Made by a program: the position numbers and the translations under genes
Shown: piece by piece, positions 49,348 to 60,041 of the stretch
Position numbering within the stretch: the first letter of the stretch is position 1
Layout: each line of letters begins with the position of its first letter
Source of the DNA: an uncultured Acidobacteriota bacterium
Lineage (GTDB): Bacteria > Acidobacteriota > Terriglobia > UBA7540
Direction: 5' to 3'
Length of the DNA stretch: 64,000 nt
Assembly: GCA_963804995.1 (NCBI GenBank)
Contig: CAWDSK010000003.1
Coordinates: 1,632,001-1,696,000 of the forward strand
Notes under the pieces: generated by a model
Told to the model about the DNA's origin: nothing
What the model saw: the letters and a program-made list of their open reading frames with translations, nothing else
The model's database searches: none

Positions 49348-49560
49348 AGGGAAACTCTTTGGTTATCCGGCATGCTAAGGGATGGCAGGTCCAGGAGCTT
49401 GATTTCCTTAATAGTGCGAAGCAAGATGATAACACAAAGCGGATAAGTGACGCCGGCGGCAAATAAGGAATTTTCGTCACGCTCGGATTTTTCAGCGGCG
49501 CCTGAGGAACGCGGGGTGAGAGGTGCTCTCCGACTCCAACTGACCTAACCAAAACTCCCT

Positions 49561-50823
49561 TCACAGGAATAGCGGCAGCAACCCGAACAGCGCTAACCCC
49601 GTGAGGAGCGCAAGTCCCTGCATGCCGGTGCGGCGGTCTGAGAAACTGTAAGCATAAACTCCCTTGACCAGGTTATTGCTGGCAGCGGCGATGACGATCG
49701 CGCCCCCGGCGAGCGCAACCGGCGTCAGCGCCGCACTCGGCGCCGCCAGGCTCAGGATGAAGGGATCGACATCGCTGACGCCCATTACTGCGGCCAGCGC
49801 AAAGAGTCCGGCGCGACCTAAGTAGAGCATAGCAAAATGCGTAATGAACAGCATGCCTACAAACAGTCCTGCAAATAGGAACGCCGCGCCCAGCTCCAGC
49901 GGATTTTTCGGCTGGAAGGTTTGCTCTGCTTCTTGCCCGCCGGGATCCGGCCTGCGCATCCAAAGCCCACCGCCGAGAAGTGCGGTAGCGGCCAGGAGCA
50001 GGAACGGCAATCCCAGCCGGTCGAGCAGTTGGCGATTGAAAATGGCGAGCAGCGCCAGCAGGCGCAAGTACATGACACCGGAGGCAACCAGCATGGCGCC
50101 TGAGTATAGATGCGGGCGCGATTGCTCGCGAGCGCGCTTGGCGAGCACCACGGTGGTAAGCGTGGAGGAATACGCTCCACCCAGCAAGGCCGCAAGCAGA
50201 ATGCCGCCCCGCCCTTTGGTCCACACCCGCAGGAGGTAGCTGCCGTAAGATATGGCGCTTACCGCGACCACCACCAACCACACTTTAAAGGGATTAAAGC
50301 CAAACGAACCAAACACCCGGTTCGGTACGATGGGCAGGATGACGGCCGTCAGCAGCAGAAACTTCGTGAACGTCAGGATTTCATCGCCCGGCACTCGTTT
50401 GGTGAGACTCTCGAGCGCCGTCTTCAGTTCCAGCAATGCCACGCCGAGCACCGTCAGCGTGGTCGCCACCCAATACAATTCGTGCGCCACGAGCGCTCCG
50501 ATAACGTAGACCACCAGGCCGGAAATCTCCGTGGTCATCCCGGCCAGCGCCACTCCCTCCAGCTTGTGCCGATAGGATTGCCACAGGAACGCTCCGACCA
50601 CAGCCAGGCCGACGGCGGGCAGCAGGAGAGTTCCTTCGGAGATCAGGCAGAGGGCGTAGGCAAGCAGGCCCAACAGCGGGAAGGTGCGAACTCCGCCGAA
50701 TCGGTACTGGTCCGACATCACCTTTTGCTCTTCCCGCTCCAGACCAATCAGAAAGGAAAGGAAGAGCACCAGCAGGATTTCTGCGCCTTGCTTGGGAATC
50801 AATTGGATGAGGGTATCGCCCAT
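49561..50823 (-). CDS. MgtC/SapB + DUF4010 membrane protein
   Basis: LIGLERE, GGVRTFPL, GMTTE, LGGAYSST.TT, GVSDVD, NNLVKG. Confidence 0.9.
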   Translation of the reverse strand: MGDTLIQLIPKQGAEILLVLFLSFLIGLEREEQKVMSDQYRFGGVRTFPLLGLLAYALCLISEGTLLLPAVGLAVVGAFLWQSYRHKLEGVALAGMTTEISGLVVYVIGALVAHELYWVATTLTVLGVALLELKTALESLTKRVPGDEILTFTKFLLLTAVILPIVPNRVFGSFGFNPFKVWLVVVAVSAISYGSYLLRVWTKGRGGILLAALLGGAYSSTLTTVVLAKRAREQSRPHLYSGAMLVASGVMYLRLLALLAIFNRQLLDRLGLPFLLLAATALLGGGLWMRRPDPGGQEAEQTFQPKNPLELGAAFLFAGLFVGMLFITHFAMLYLGRAGLFALAAVMGVSDVDPFILSLAAPSAALTPVALAGGAIVIAAASNNLVKGVYAYSFSDRRTGMQGLALLTGLALFGLLPLFL

Positions 50824-50887
50824 ATCGTTACCGAACCGGCACGATTCTCGCTCTTCTTTAGCGCTAAAACAAGCGCCATCGCTGACG

Positions 50888-51377
50888 ATGAAAATGCCCT
50901 GCGTAACTCCCCTCCTGATTTAGGAGGGGTGGCACCGGAGGCGACGGGGTGGTTACTCGGGCGCCGAAGGTGACGGGGTGGTTACGCGGGTGCCGGAGGT
51001 GACGGGGTGGTTACGCGGGCACCTCGGGTGGTTATTTCATCCGCAGGGTGGCTTGCCGCCACGATCAGGACCACACCTTTATCTTATCAGCACCACCCCG
51101 GCGCTCGGCCCCGATGATCAATTTGGAAAGAACGCGCTATCGGGGCACGGCGCGCCACCCCTCCTCATCTGAGGAGGGGAGTGTTTTCATGACAGACGCC
51201 TCTATTCCTGCGGCGCACCACTGGCGATGAAAATGCGCGCAGCGCTTTGGAGTGCGGTCGCAGCAGCTACCGCCTTCTGCCTAGGGTTCATAGGGGAAGA
51301 GTGCGAGCGCCAGAACAAGTCAAAGCGGTAGCTGCTGCTACCGCACTCCAAAGCGCCTTCGGCACACCTATTTTCAT
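50888..51377. repeat. Composite repeat region: 3 x 29-bp tandem repeat and several REP-like palindromes
   Basis: Units at 50931-50959, 50960-50988, 50989-51017; hairpins CCCCTCCT..AGGAGGGG; TTTGGAGTGCGG...CCGCACTCCAAA. Confidence 0.75.
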
Positions 51378-51447
51378 AACGGCACACGGCGAACCCGCTA
51401 GGGTCGCTCGCTAATCTGGACTGCCGCCAGGCAAAAATCGCCAGCCT

Positions 51448-51653
51448 TTCTGGCGCGGGCTAGGTTTGCATTCTAATAACCCTTACTTTAGTACCTCTTG
51501 ACATATGACAATTCCAGTAGCAGAATTACCCCAAGAGGATTGAACTTTTAACCTGGGAGGGAAGCGCTCCTGTGGGCATTCACCCAGGGGTAGAGTTCGC
51601 ATGCACCTGCGTTAGTTCAACGGGAAAAAGGGCCCCAATGACTATGGGCGAAC
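51448..51653 (+). promoter_or_regulatory. Pilin-cassette promoter/leader, copy 1
   Basis: TTGACA(51498)-N17-CAGAAT; CCTGGG...CCCAGG hairpin; near-identical to 57721-57925. Confidence 0.85.
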
Positions 51654-51845
51654 CGAACCAAAGCGGATTCAGTTTCCCGGGACTTCCTGTAGCCTAGGGG
51701 CGGGATGGGAACACTCCAGCAGAGGCCACGGGGTGGGTGCTGCCTGCTGGCGGGGTAGGCAAACTGGAAATCCCGGTCAGGCAGAGTGGAGTGATTAATA
51801 CTGGGTTTAGGGGGCGGGTGCTCCTCAACCTGACAAGAGGGTATC

Positions 51846-52586
51846 GTGAAAATAGCAGGGAGGAGTGGCTGGGTGTGGGGAGAACCTGTGGTTCCGGGTT
51901 CAGCGTCAGTATTGGAGTCCGTGCAGTCCCATGAAAGGAATGTGGTAGGGAAAACCGCCCGCGCTTGCTCGGACCGAGGATTTTCGATGGCGGAAGCCTT
52001 GATGGTGATTACCATCATCGGGATTATATCCGCCATAGCGATTGTCGCTTTTACCAATGAGTTACCGACGATCCGCGCCGATTCTGCTATGCAGCTCCTG
52101 GAAGCTCAACTCCGCCAGGCCCGCGAGACTGCGGTGGACCAGAGGCGGAACATTCTCGTCACGTTCCAAGGCACGGCCGAAATGGTGACCGTGCTCCAGA
52201 ATCTGGATGTTACCACGACTCCCCCTACGGTCATCTCAACCACGACCTTGAGCGACTATAAGCTCGATCCCAATCAGATGACATTCATGCTTTTTGCCGG
52301 TGCTCCGGACACACCCGACGGCTTTGGCAATTCCCTGGCGATCAGTTTTACAGATCAAACTACCCGTGTACAGCAATGTCCGACTTTACCCTGCACCATC
52401 ACTTTCCAGGGTGACGGCACGTTGGTGGACAACGCCGGAAACTACCTCAACGGTACGATATTCATGGGCAACCTGGGAAACCCCGTAACCGCGCGCGCGG
52501 TCACGATCCTCGGGTCGACGGGGCGCATCAAGGGTTACCGGTACAAAGTAGTGGCGAGTCCCAGCCCCACAAAGTCCTGGTTCTAG
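51846..52586 (+). CDS. FimT/FimU (GspH)-like minor pilin, cassette 1 (start uncertain)
   Basis: G/FSMAEALMVITIIGII class III signal, LRQARETAV, ITFQGDG, ARAVTILGSTGRIK. Confidence 0.85.
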   Translation: MKIAGRSGWVWGEPVVPGSASVLESVQSHERNVVGKTARACSDRGFSMAEALMVITIIGIISAIAIVAFTNELPTIRADSAMQLLEAQLRQARETAVDQRRNILVTFQGTAEMVTVLQNLDVTTTPPTVISTTTLSDYKLDPNQMTFMLFAGAPDTPDGFGNSLAISFTDQTTRVQQCPTLPCTITFQGDGTLVDNAGNYLNGTIFMGNLGNPVTARAVTILGSTGRIKGYRYKVVASPSPTKSWF

Positions 52587-52596
52587 AGGGTGGTTT

Positions 52597-53193
52597 ATGG
52601 ACCGAGTCGTGCCACGTCATGAGCAGGACGAGAGCGGCTTCACCTTGGTGGAGGTGATGATCGCCTCCGTCATTTTGGTGACGGGCCTCCTCTCTCTGGC
52701 TTATGCCTTTGGGCTGGGTTTAGGCGTTCTTGGGACCGCCCAGGAGGATAGCATCGCCCGCCAGATGGCCCGGCAAGCCCTGGAAGATGTATTTACCGCT
52801 CGCGACACGGGAGGCATCACCTTCTACCAGATTTGCAACATTGGCTCCGGGGCATCCTGCATCTTTATAAACGGCTTCGAACCCTTGTACACCGCGGGAC
52901 CCGACGGAATTGTGAACACCGCCGACGATGGCACGGGCACCCCCCTCCCCACGGGGTGTAGCGCCGCGCCTTGCATCGAGACGGTTGACACACCCGGGCC
53001 GGACGGGATCCTGGGAACTGCGGACGACGTTTTTGTTCCTCTGATTGGGTTCCAGCGGAAAATTCAAATCACGCCGGTCTCCAACCCCAACGTCAGCAAC
53101 CTGAGTCAAATCACGGTCACCATTAAGTACACCACTTCAAAGGGGATCACCCGTGCCGTCACGCTCGTGGCGCTCATCGGGCCTTATGTCTAA
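52597..53193 (+). CDS. PilV-like minor pilin, cassette 1
   Basis: G/FTLVEVMIASVILVTGLL; F.RKIQIT and ITVTIKY C-terminal strands. Confidence 0.88.
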   Translation: MDRVVPRHEQDESGFTLVEVMIASVILVTGLLSLAYAFGLGLGVLGTAQEDSIARQMARQALEDVFTARDTGGITFYQICNIGSGASCIFINGFEPLYTAGPDGIVNTADDGTGTPLPTGCSAAPCIETVDTPGPDGILGTADDVFVPLIGFQRKIQITPVSNPNVSNLSQITVTIKYTTSKGITRAVTLVALIGPYV

Positions 53194-54382
53194 CTCCTTT
53201 CCCAAATCGTCCCCGGTCCGCCCACCCCAGGGATTCACCCTGGTCGAGTTGCTGGTGGCCATGTCGCTGTCCCTGATATTGCTGGGGGTTGCTTTCGACC
53301 TCTTCAATGGCCTCAATAACGCCGCCGACCTGGCGGGCACCATGGCCGATGTCAACGAAAACCTTCGCGCTGGTACGAACATGATTGCCCGCGACCTGAG
53401 CACGGCCGGGGCGGACATCCCCCTGGGGGGCATTCCTCTCCCCAGCGGGGGTACTCCTTGCCGACCCATTCCAATTCCGTTGCCGTCTTGGCTCCCGGTG
53501 CAGTATTTTAACCCCTCCTGCAGCGGCAACATGAACGTCATCAATCCGGGGTCAGGATATGGGCCGACGACCGGGAGCGGCGGCACTGCCATCCCTACCG
53601 ACGCGATCACTCTGATCACGGTGAATCCCACTTCAGAATTGAACCAGTATCAACTGGTCAGCATCAGTCCCGTCACTACTTCCGGCGCTTACTGCTGCTT
53701 CCCCGGTGGCACAACCAGTGTCACCATTACCGTAAATCCGGGTACCAACGGCGGTGACCTCACCGCCCCCGGGGCATCCCAGGTCCTTCCCAGCCAGTTG
53801 ATCATGTTGAGCAACACCAATAGCTCCGCCTTGCTTGCCGTCAGTTCAGTTACGGCTGACACTATTACCTTTACCAGCGGAGACGCGACGAATGACGTAC
53901 TGGGCCTCAATCAATTCCCCACCACGGCCAGCAGCCCGACGAGCGGAACCATCGGCCAGCTTCAAACACTGGGAACGGCACCCGCCGCGAATTTCTACCC
54001 TCCGACCTACGCGTACCAGATCACCATGACTACTTATTATCTGGACAACCATTCGAGGACGCCCACCTGGATGCTGATGAAACAGGTGGGCACAGGGGCT
54101 CCGCTGACAGGATCGCCTCCCACCGTTTCCTCGAACCCGCCCCAGCCGGTGGCCATGGGGATCAACGTCTTACAGTTCTCATATAGCCTTTCGCCGGCGG
54201 CGGAGCCGACGGACCCGACGCGGACGTTCGTAAGTCCTTATACTCCCAATACCATACGCAAGGTGAACTTGTGGTTGATCGCCCAAGCGGATCACCGCAA
54301 TCGAAAAAGCGGTTTGTATTATACGAATTCGATCGCCACGTCGGTGACGGCTCAGAACTTGGCTTATTACAACAAATACTGA
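53186..54382 (+). CDS. PilW-like minor pilin, cassette 1
   Basis: G/FTLVELLVAM, NLRAG.NMIARDL..AG, I..LQFSY, IRKVNL. Confidence 0.88.
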   Translation: MSNSFPKSSPVRPPQGFTLVELLVAMSLSLILLGVAFDLFNGLNNAADLAGTMADVNENLRAGTNMIARDLSTAGADIPLGGIPLPSGGTPCRPIPIPLPSWLPVQYFNPSCSGNMNVINPGSGYGPTTGSGGTAIPTDAITLITVNPTSELNQYQLVSISPVTTSGAYCCFPGGTTSVTITVNPGTNGGDLTAPGASQVLPSQLIMLSNTNSSALLAVSSVTADTITFTSGDATNDVLGLNQFPTTASSPTSGTIGQLQTLGTAPAANFYPPTYAYQITMTTYYLDNHSRTPTWMLMKQVGTGAPLTGSPPTVSSNPPQPVAMGINVLQFSYSLSPAAEPTDPTRTFVSPYTPNTIRKVNLWLIAQADHRNRKSGLYYTNSIATSVTAQNLAYYNKY

Positions 54383-54430
54383 GGTGGTGGCGCGGGGCAA
54401 GCGGCAGCGGCCGCCAGAAAAGGGCAGAGT

Positions 54431-57400
54431 ATGAAAAACCGCGAAACCAACGATTCGGGCATAGCTCTCATCGTGGTTCTGTTGCTCATGCTGGTCTTTA
54501 CCATCATGATGCTGGGATTCTATTTCCAGACAACGGGGGAGCAGCAGGTCGCGGCGAGCGACCGTGACAACACGGTGACTTTTTACGCTGCGCAGGGCGG
54601 ACTTGAAAATATGAGTTCTGCGCTGGCGGACTTATTCACCACCACTGCCTCTCCCACCCCCGCCCAGATTACCGCTCGGGCTGGCGCCGCCTACCAGGTC
54701 AGCATCCCGGTTTATAACGGCGTCGGCTCTTTAGCCAGCCAGCAAATCAGTTTTCCCGTCTACTCCATCACCAACCTTCCAATTGCGGCCAGCATCAACC
54801 CGCCGATCTCCGCCTGCACCCCGAGTACCACCGTCTTATGCTCGACTCCCGGCATCATTCCCGGCAATGGGCCGTTGGCGGGACTGGAAGGCATTCTTAC
54901 TCCCTTTATGCTCACGGTGGTTGCCGCGGGCCCCAACAACACGGAAGTCAAGATGCAGCGCCAAGTGCAGGAAGTTGCGGTGCCCGTCTTCCAGTATGGA
55001 ATCTTTTCGCAGAGCGACCTCTCCTTCTTTGCCGGCCCGAATTTCGGCTTCGGTGGCCGTACGGCCACGAACGGAAACCTGTTTCTCGCGGAAGGCGGGG
55101 GCACGCTGACTCTTAACGATAAGGTCACCGCCTTTCTGAGCGTCATCCGATCTCAGCTTTCGAACGGCCTCGCGACTGCCACCACCAGTTACAACACACC
55201 GGTCGATGTGACGATTGGCTCCGCAGGAGGTTGTCCTATGCCGACATGCCCGTCTTGTCCTACCACCACCTGCCGGGCAATGGGGTTGACGGACGGCAGC
55301 GTAACGGGCGGGCCAGGGAGCGGCGCAAACTCCAACTGGCAAACGCTTTCCATGAATACCTATAAAGGGTACATTCGGAGTGGGAGTACGGGAGTCAAGC
55401 AGTTGAATCTGGCCTTGGCGTTGGCGAACCAGCCACCCATCGACATGATTGAACGCCCCCCCGTGGGGGAGAGCGTCACGTCGGTGGTCGGCCAGCAGCG
55501 CTTTTTCAACCAGGCCAGCGTGCGCATTCTGCTTTCCGACACCCCTAGCCAGATCACGAGCTTGCCCGGTGTTACGAGCAGTGCGCCTTATCCCCTCGCG
55601 GAGGGTGCGAACTCAGGGATGAGCAATGTGATCCAGCGCACCAGCTCAACCAGTGCTTACTATCTTCCGACGCCCGATAGCTGCCATCCGCCTATGGCGG
55701 AATCCCCGGGGTGGACAGCGGACAACGACTACATGCTGAAACCCGGGACCACGCTGCTCGGCGGCTACATCAAGATTGAGATCCAACTCAACTCGAATCC
55801 CGGGACATGGCAGGATGTGACCCAGGAAGTCCTGAGTACGGGAATCTCCCGCGACGTACAGACCTCAGGGACCGGCGCGTGCACCAAAAACATATCGATC
55901 CTGCACTTGGAAGAAGCCAGACCGTACCCGCCGATGGGAGCGCCGACGGTGAGCTCGCCGACGTTCTGGCGGGTCATTAACTGCAAGTAAAACCTACTAC
56001 TACGTGGTCACCGCCCTGGGGACTTGGGGTGAAATCCCGGGTACGGAGCAGAAAGCAAGTACGGCAACCACGAGCAGCAAGGACACGATAACGGTCACCT
56101 GGACAGCCTACCCGGGCGCGACCGGCTACAACATCTATCACGGAACGAGTTCGGGGGGAGAAAACCAGTACGTTACGGTGGGTGCAGTGACATCCTATAC
56201 TGATAGGGGGACAGGATTCACAGCCGGTACACCTCCCACCACGTTAGTGATGAACACGACGACCGCTGCCACGACGGCCACGAATTTCGTTCCCATCAAT
56301 ATCTACGACCCGAGGGAAGGGGAGGTGCGGGATAGTAACAGCTATACAACGGTGTCCATAAACGGCATCATGAACCTTCTGGAAGTAGACGTGGGGAACC
56401 TCCAGCAGTGGCTTAACGGTACGCTCTGCACGGCCTCCACCGTCCCGACCTCCTGCACGAGTGGCACGCTGGCCCTGAACAACTCGGGCTATATCCTTTA
56501 TGTTTCCGACCGGCGGGGCAACTGCAACCAAGCAGCAAGCGCGACCGCTGGTGGGCCCTGCACAGCCAATGACACCGGTGAATATGGGTACGAGGACACC
56601 ATTAACCCCTCGTCCGGAACCGGCGCCCCCAACGGTACCCTCGATACCGGTGAGGACGTCGACGGGGATGGCGTTTTGGAGACTTACGGGGGGATTGCAC
56701 ACCCGATCAACGCCTCGAACGTAGATACGAGCGGTAGCACCAAATACCCCACGGGTGCGACGACTACCTTGGCGACGTTTATGGCCAGTCTCACCAACCC
56801 CTCCACTCCCGACGCCGCCCCACTTACCCGCATCACGTCCTCCCAGGCTGGGTGGGGATATTACGAGGCACAGAAGAACCCCGTGCTCTTCTTCCGCCGC
56901 GCGGTGCGCCTGGTGAATGGTACGCTGGGCAATTTACCCCCTTACTCCGCGGCACATATGGCAACTTGCCCCAACGCGCAGTCCCCCGCCGCGTTCCCCG
57001 CGCAGGGCGGATTCAGCGTGGCGGCGGAGAATCCTGTCTATATCCAGGGTGATTACAATGCCAGCAATTCGGTGGGGGCGTTTAGTCCCGACCCGTCAAA
57101 CAAATGCCACGTGCCGGCGGCGGTGTATGCCGACGCCGTCACGCTGCTCTCAAATGCCTGGACAGACTCCGAGACCTTCACCAGCCCGACGAACGTTGGC
57201 AGCCGCCCCGGCACCTCGAACACTTGGTTCAGGGTGGCGGTCATCGCGGGTAAGAACATTTCCTTCCCGCTGCCCAACTTTACTATCCCCGCTGCCCCGC
57301 CGCAGGACTTCGGGACCGACGGAGGGACTCACAACTTCCTTCGCTATATCGAAAACTGGGGCTCCACGCTGAATTATCTCGGCTCCATGGTAAGCTTCTA

Positions 57401-57578
57401 TTACGCCCAACAGGCGACGGGTGTTTACAAGTGCTGTAATACGGTCTACAGTCCCCCCACGCGAAATTATGCTTACGATTCGGACTTTACGAAGATTACC
57501 TCGATGCCGCCCGGTACGCCCCGCTTTACGGACGTGAACGCGCTGTCTTATCAACAGTCGGTTCTGTCCACTCAGTAG
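54431..57578 (+). CDS. Very large PilX-like protein (~1048 aa if one extra T at 55964-55965 is removed)
   Basis: G/IALIVVLLLM (no Glu5, PilX type), FYAAQGGLE, PVFQYGIF; second frame ends DGGTHNFLRYIENW...YSPPTRNYAYD...PPGTP. Confidence 0.8.
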
Positions 57579-57720
57579 CTGCTGGGTCTCAGGCGGGCGT
57601 CGACCGGGGCGGGTGGATTACCTTCGCAAGCACACAACAACTCCGCGCGACCTCCCTTCGGGAATCGGGCGTTGCCCTGGCTCGCTCATTTGGATAGCCG
57701 CGGTCAAGAACTACCGGCCA

Positions 57721-57925
57721 TTCTGACGCGGGCTAGGTTTGCATTCTAATAACCCTTACTTTAGTACCTCTTGACATGAGACAATTCCAGTAGCAGAATT
57801 ACCCCAAGAGTATGAACTTTTAACCTGGGAGGGAAGCGCTTCTGTGGGCATTCACCCAGGGGCAAATTTCGCACACACCTACGTTGGGTCAACGGGAAAA
57901 AGGGCGCCAATGACTATGGGCGAAC
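57721..57925 (+). promoter_or_regulatory. Pilin-cassette promoter/leader, copy 2
   Basis: TTGACA(57771)-N17-CAGAAT; near-identical to 51448-51653. Confidence 0.85.
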
Positions 57926-57970
57926 GGAGACAAGATTAACTTGGAACGGCATTTGCTGGGGGCTCCCATC

Positions 57971-58642
57971 GTGAACCGCAAATCGAGATCGGGTTTTCGC
58001 CTGACGGAGGGATCGAGATCAATACCGATTTCAAGCAGGAACTGCCCCACGCCAGCGGGTGGCGAAGCTAATCCCCGGTCACGAGCACATTCTTACGGTT
58101 TCTCGTTGATTGAATCCATCATCGTCGTGTCGATTGTGATCGTCCTTAGCGCGATAGCCCTCCCGATAGTACTGAACGCCGTCTATTTGATCAGGCTGCG
58201 AAATGCCGCTAACGATCTGTCGGGACTGGTCCAGTTGGCAAGGATAACGGCAGAAAAGACGAATTCGGTCCTTCCCGTCTTTGTGGGTACCGTCGAAACG
58301 ATCAGTACAGGGGGGTTCATTGGCGCTGCTAGCAGTACCTGCAGCAGTACAAATTCCTGGGCGTCCGGAGAGTCCGATGTGCCTTTCGCCAACGGGGTTA
58401 CTGCCGGCACGGCGGCAAGTGCTCCCACCGGCTTAAGCCCGGGGTTTACCCCGGAGACCGCCGGCACCGTTCTTTATTTCAGCTCTCGCGGGTTTCCCGT
58501 GAAGTCTAATAGCGGCGCCTGCAAGTCCTCCGCCGGAGTCGTCTTCTATCTTCAGGACACTCACGGCAACTGGGGCGCCGTTTCCGTGTCGGGAGCGGGA
58601 AGAAGCAAGCCGTGGGTATACGACGGAGCCAGTTGGCACTAA
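57971..58642 (+). CDS. FimT/FimU-like minor pilin, cassette 2 (start uncertain)
   Basis: G/FSLIESIIVVSIVIVL, L..AANDLSGLVQLARI.A, FSSRG.P, AVSVSGAGR. Confidence 0.85.
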   Translation: MNRKSRSGFRLTEGSRSIPISSRNCPTPAGGEANPRSRAHSYGFSLIESIIVVSIVIVLSAIALPIVLNAVYLIRLRNAANDLSGLVQLARITAEKTNSVLPVFVGTVETISTGGFIGAASSTCSSTNSWASGESDVPFANGVTAGTAASAPTGLSPGFTPETAGTVLYFSSRGFPVKSNSGACKSSAGVVFYLQDTHGNWGAVSVSGAGRSKPWVYDGASWH

Positions 58643-58689
58643 GTCGCCACGAACCAGGCAGAGGCAGGCGGTTCGAACAAGGATTCAAG

Positions 58690-59244
58690 ATGCACCAAAC
58701 TCGCAAATTCACGCACCGGGAACGGGGCTCCTCGTTGATCGAAATGATGATCGCGATTGCGGTCTTGACGGTCGGTCTGATGGGGACAGTCGCCCTGATT
58801 GGCGTGTCGATCGGCACCAATGTGCGGAGCAAGAGAGGCAGCACCAGCGTCGTGCTGGCGGAAATGGTTATCGGTCAGATCTCTTCCGTCCCGGTGGGCG
58901 GGAGTACCACCAGTGTGACGATCACCGATTGCGCTGGGAATAGCCATACCATCAGCACGTCAGGCACGACTGGGGGAAGTGGCGCCAATCTTAGCGGCGG
59001 CAACATCGACTTTACCCAGACCTTCAGCTCCACCGCGGGTTACATGATGCAATACACCGTGTGCGGTGTGAATACCGGGGAGCAGACGGTCTATGACGTG
59101 CGGTGGAATATACAAACGCTCGCGTCAACCAAGGCGGAATTCGTAGTGGTGGGAGCCCAATACAACTCCATTACTTACGGAAATGTAAAGTTCACATCCC
59201 CGGCGGTCAACCTGCGTACCGTCGTGGGGAACGATGGGACCTAA
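58690..59244 (+). CDS. PilV-like minor pilin, cassette 2
   Basis: RG/SSLIEMMIAIAVLTVGL, YDVRWNI. Confidence 0.88.
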   Translation: MHQTRKFTHRERGSSLIEMMIAIAVLTVGLMGTVALIGVSIGTNVRSKRGSTSVVLAEMVIGQISSVPVGGSTTSVTITDCAGNSHTISTSGTTGGSGANLSGGNIDFTQTFSSTAGYMMQYTVCGVNTGEQTVYDVRWNIQTLASTKAEFVVVGAQYNSITYGNVKFTSPAVNLRTVVGNDGT

Positions 59245-59245
59245 T

Positions 59246-60016
59246 ATGAAGTCTCCAGGCATTCAACAATCCGGACGATCTTCTCGCGGCTTTTCGCTGA
59301 TCGAGCTGATGCTGGTCCTGGTGATCATCTCCGTGGTTATGGGGGCGGTCCTCACCCAGGTTCAGGTGGTACAGCAGAGAGCGGTGGCCGAACAGGGCAA
59401 GGTTGATAACCTCCAGCAAGCCCGCGACTTTGCCGATCAGGTATATCGCGATGCGCGCCAGATGGGATATCCCAATGTTCGCAACTTCGATACGACGGTG
59501 GGCACTTGGCAATCGCCTTTGACCAAGGATAGCAGGCTGGCCGTGGGACTGGTCAAACTCACCTCTACGCAATTGGAATTCCAGGGCGATGTCGATGGCA
59601 GCGGCACCGTCTCGGTGGTCAGCTACGCGCTTAACGGAGACGGTACTTGTTCCACCTGTTTCCAGCGTGCACAGGTTCCGAAGATCAATGGCGATGCCCT
59701 GACCGGCCAAACCAGTCTTACCAGCCCGGACCAATACAGCGTCCAAGTTCAGAATGTCTACAACTCTACGATTTTCACCGCCTACGACATATCGGGGAAC
59801 TCCATCACGCTTCCTATTGACATTACCAACAATGCCGCGAGTGTGGCCCAAGTCAGAGTGATTCAGTTCCAACTTAGCCTTGCAAATCAGAATGCAATTG
59901 ATCCTTTGACACAACTGAAGCTCGAAGCCGATATTACAGGCAGAGTGCAGGTGGTGAACTGCTCCATGGCCACCACCGGTTTAACCGCTAACGGAATTAA
60001 TTTAACCTGCCAGTAA
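59246..60016 (+). CDS. PilW-like minor pilin, cassette 2
   Basis: RG/FSLIELMLVLVII, RDARQMGYP, FQGDVDGSG...VSY. Confidence 0.88.
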   Translation: MKSPGIQQSGRSSRGFSLIELMLVLVIISVVMGAVLTQVQVVQQRAVAEQGKVDNLQQARDFADQVYRDARQMGYPNVRNFDTTVGTWQSPLTKDSRLAVGLVKLTSTQLEFQGDVDGSGTVSVVSYALNGDGTCSTCFQRAQVPKINGDALTGQTSLTSPDQYSVQVQNVYNSTIFTAYDISGNSITLPIDITNNAASVAQVRVIQFQLSLANQNAIDPLTQLKLEADITGRVQVVNCSMATTGLTANGINLTCQ

Positions 60017-60041
60017 TTCCGTTAGACCGAGGAGGTACCCG

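Noticed and set aside
50931..51017. CRISPR-like 29-bp repeats
   Set aside because: Units are directly tandem with no spacers and derive from a REP segment.
38527..51400. Integrative island at tRNA-Asp
   Set aside because: No integrase and no duplicated tRNA 3' end seen in the window; accessory content alone is insufficient.
51550..51790. c-di-GMP riboswitch in the pilin leader
   Set aside because: A GGCAAAC occurs at ~51758, but the GAAA-loop/GACGCAAAG and P1 elements are missing and it lies outside the duplicated segment.
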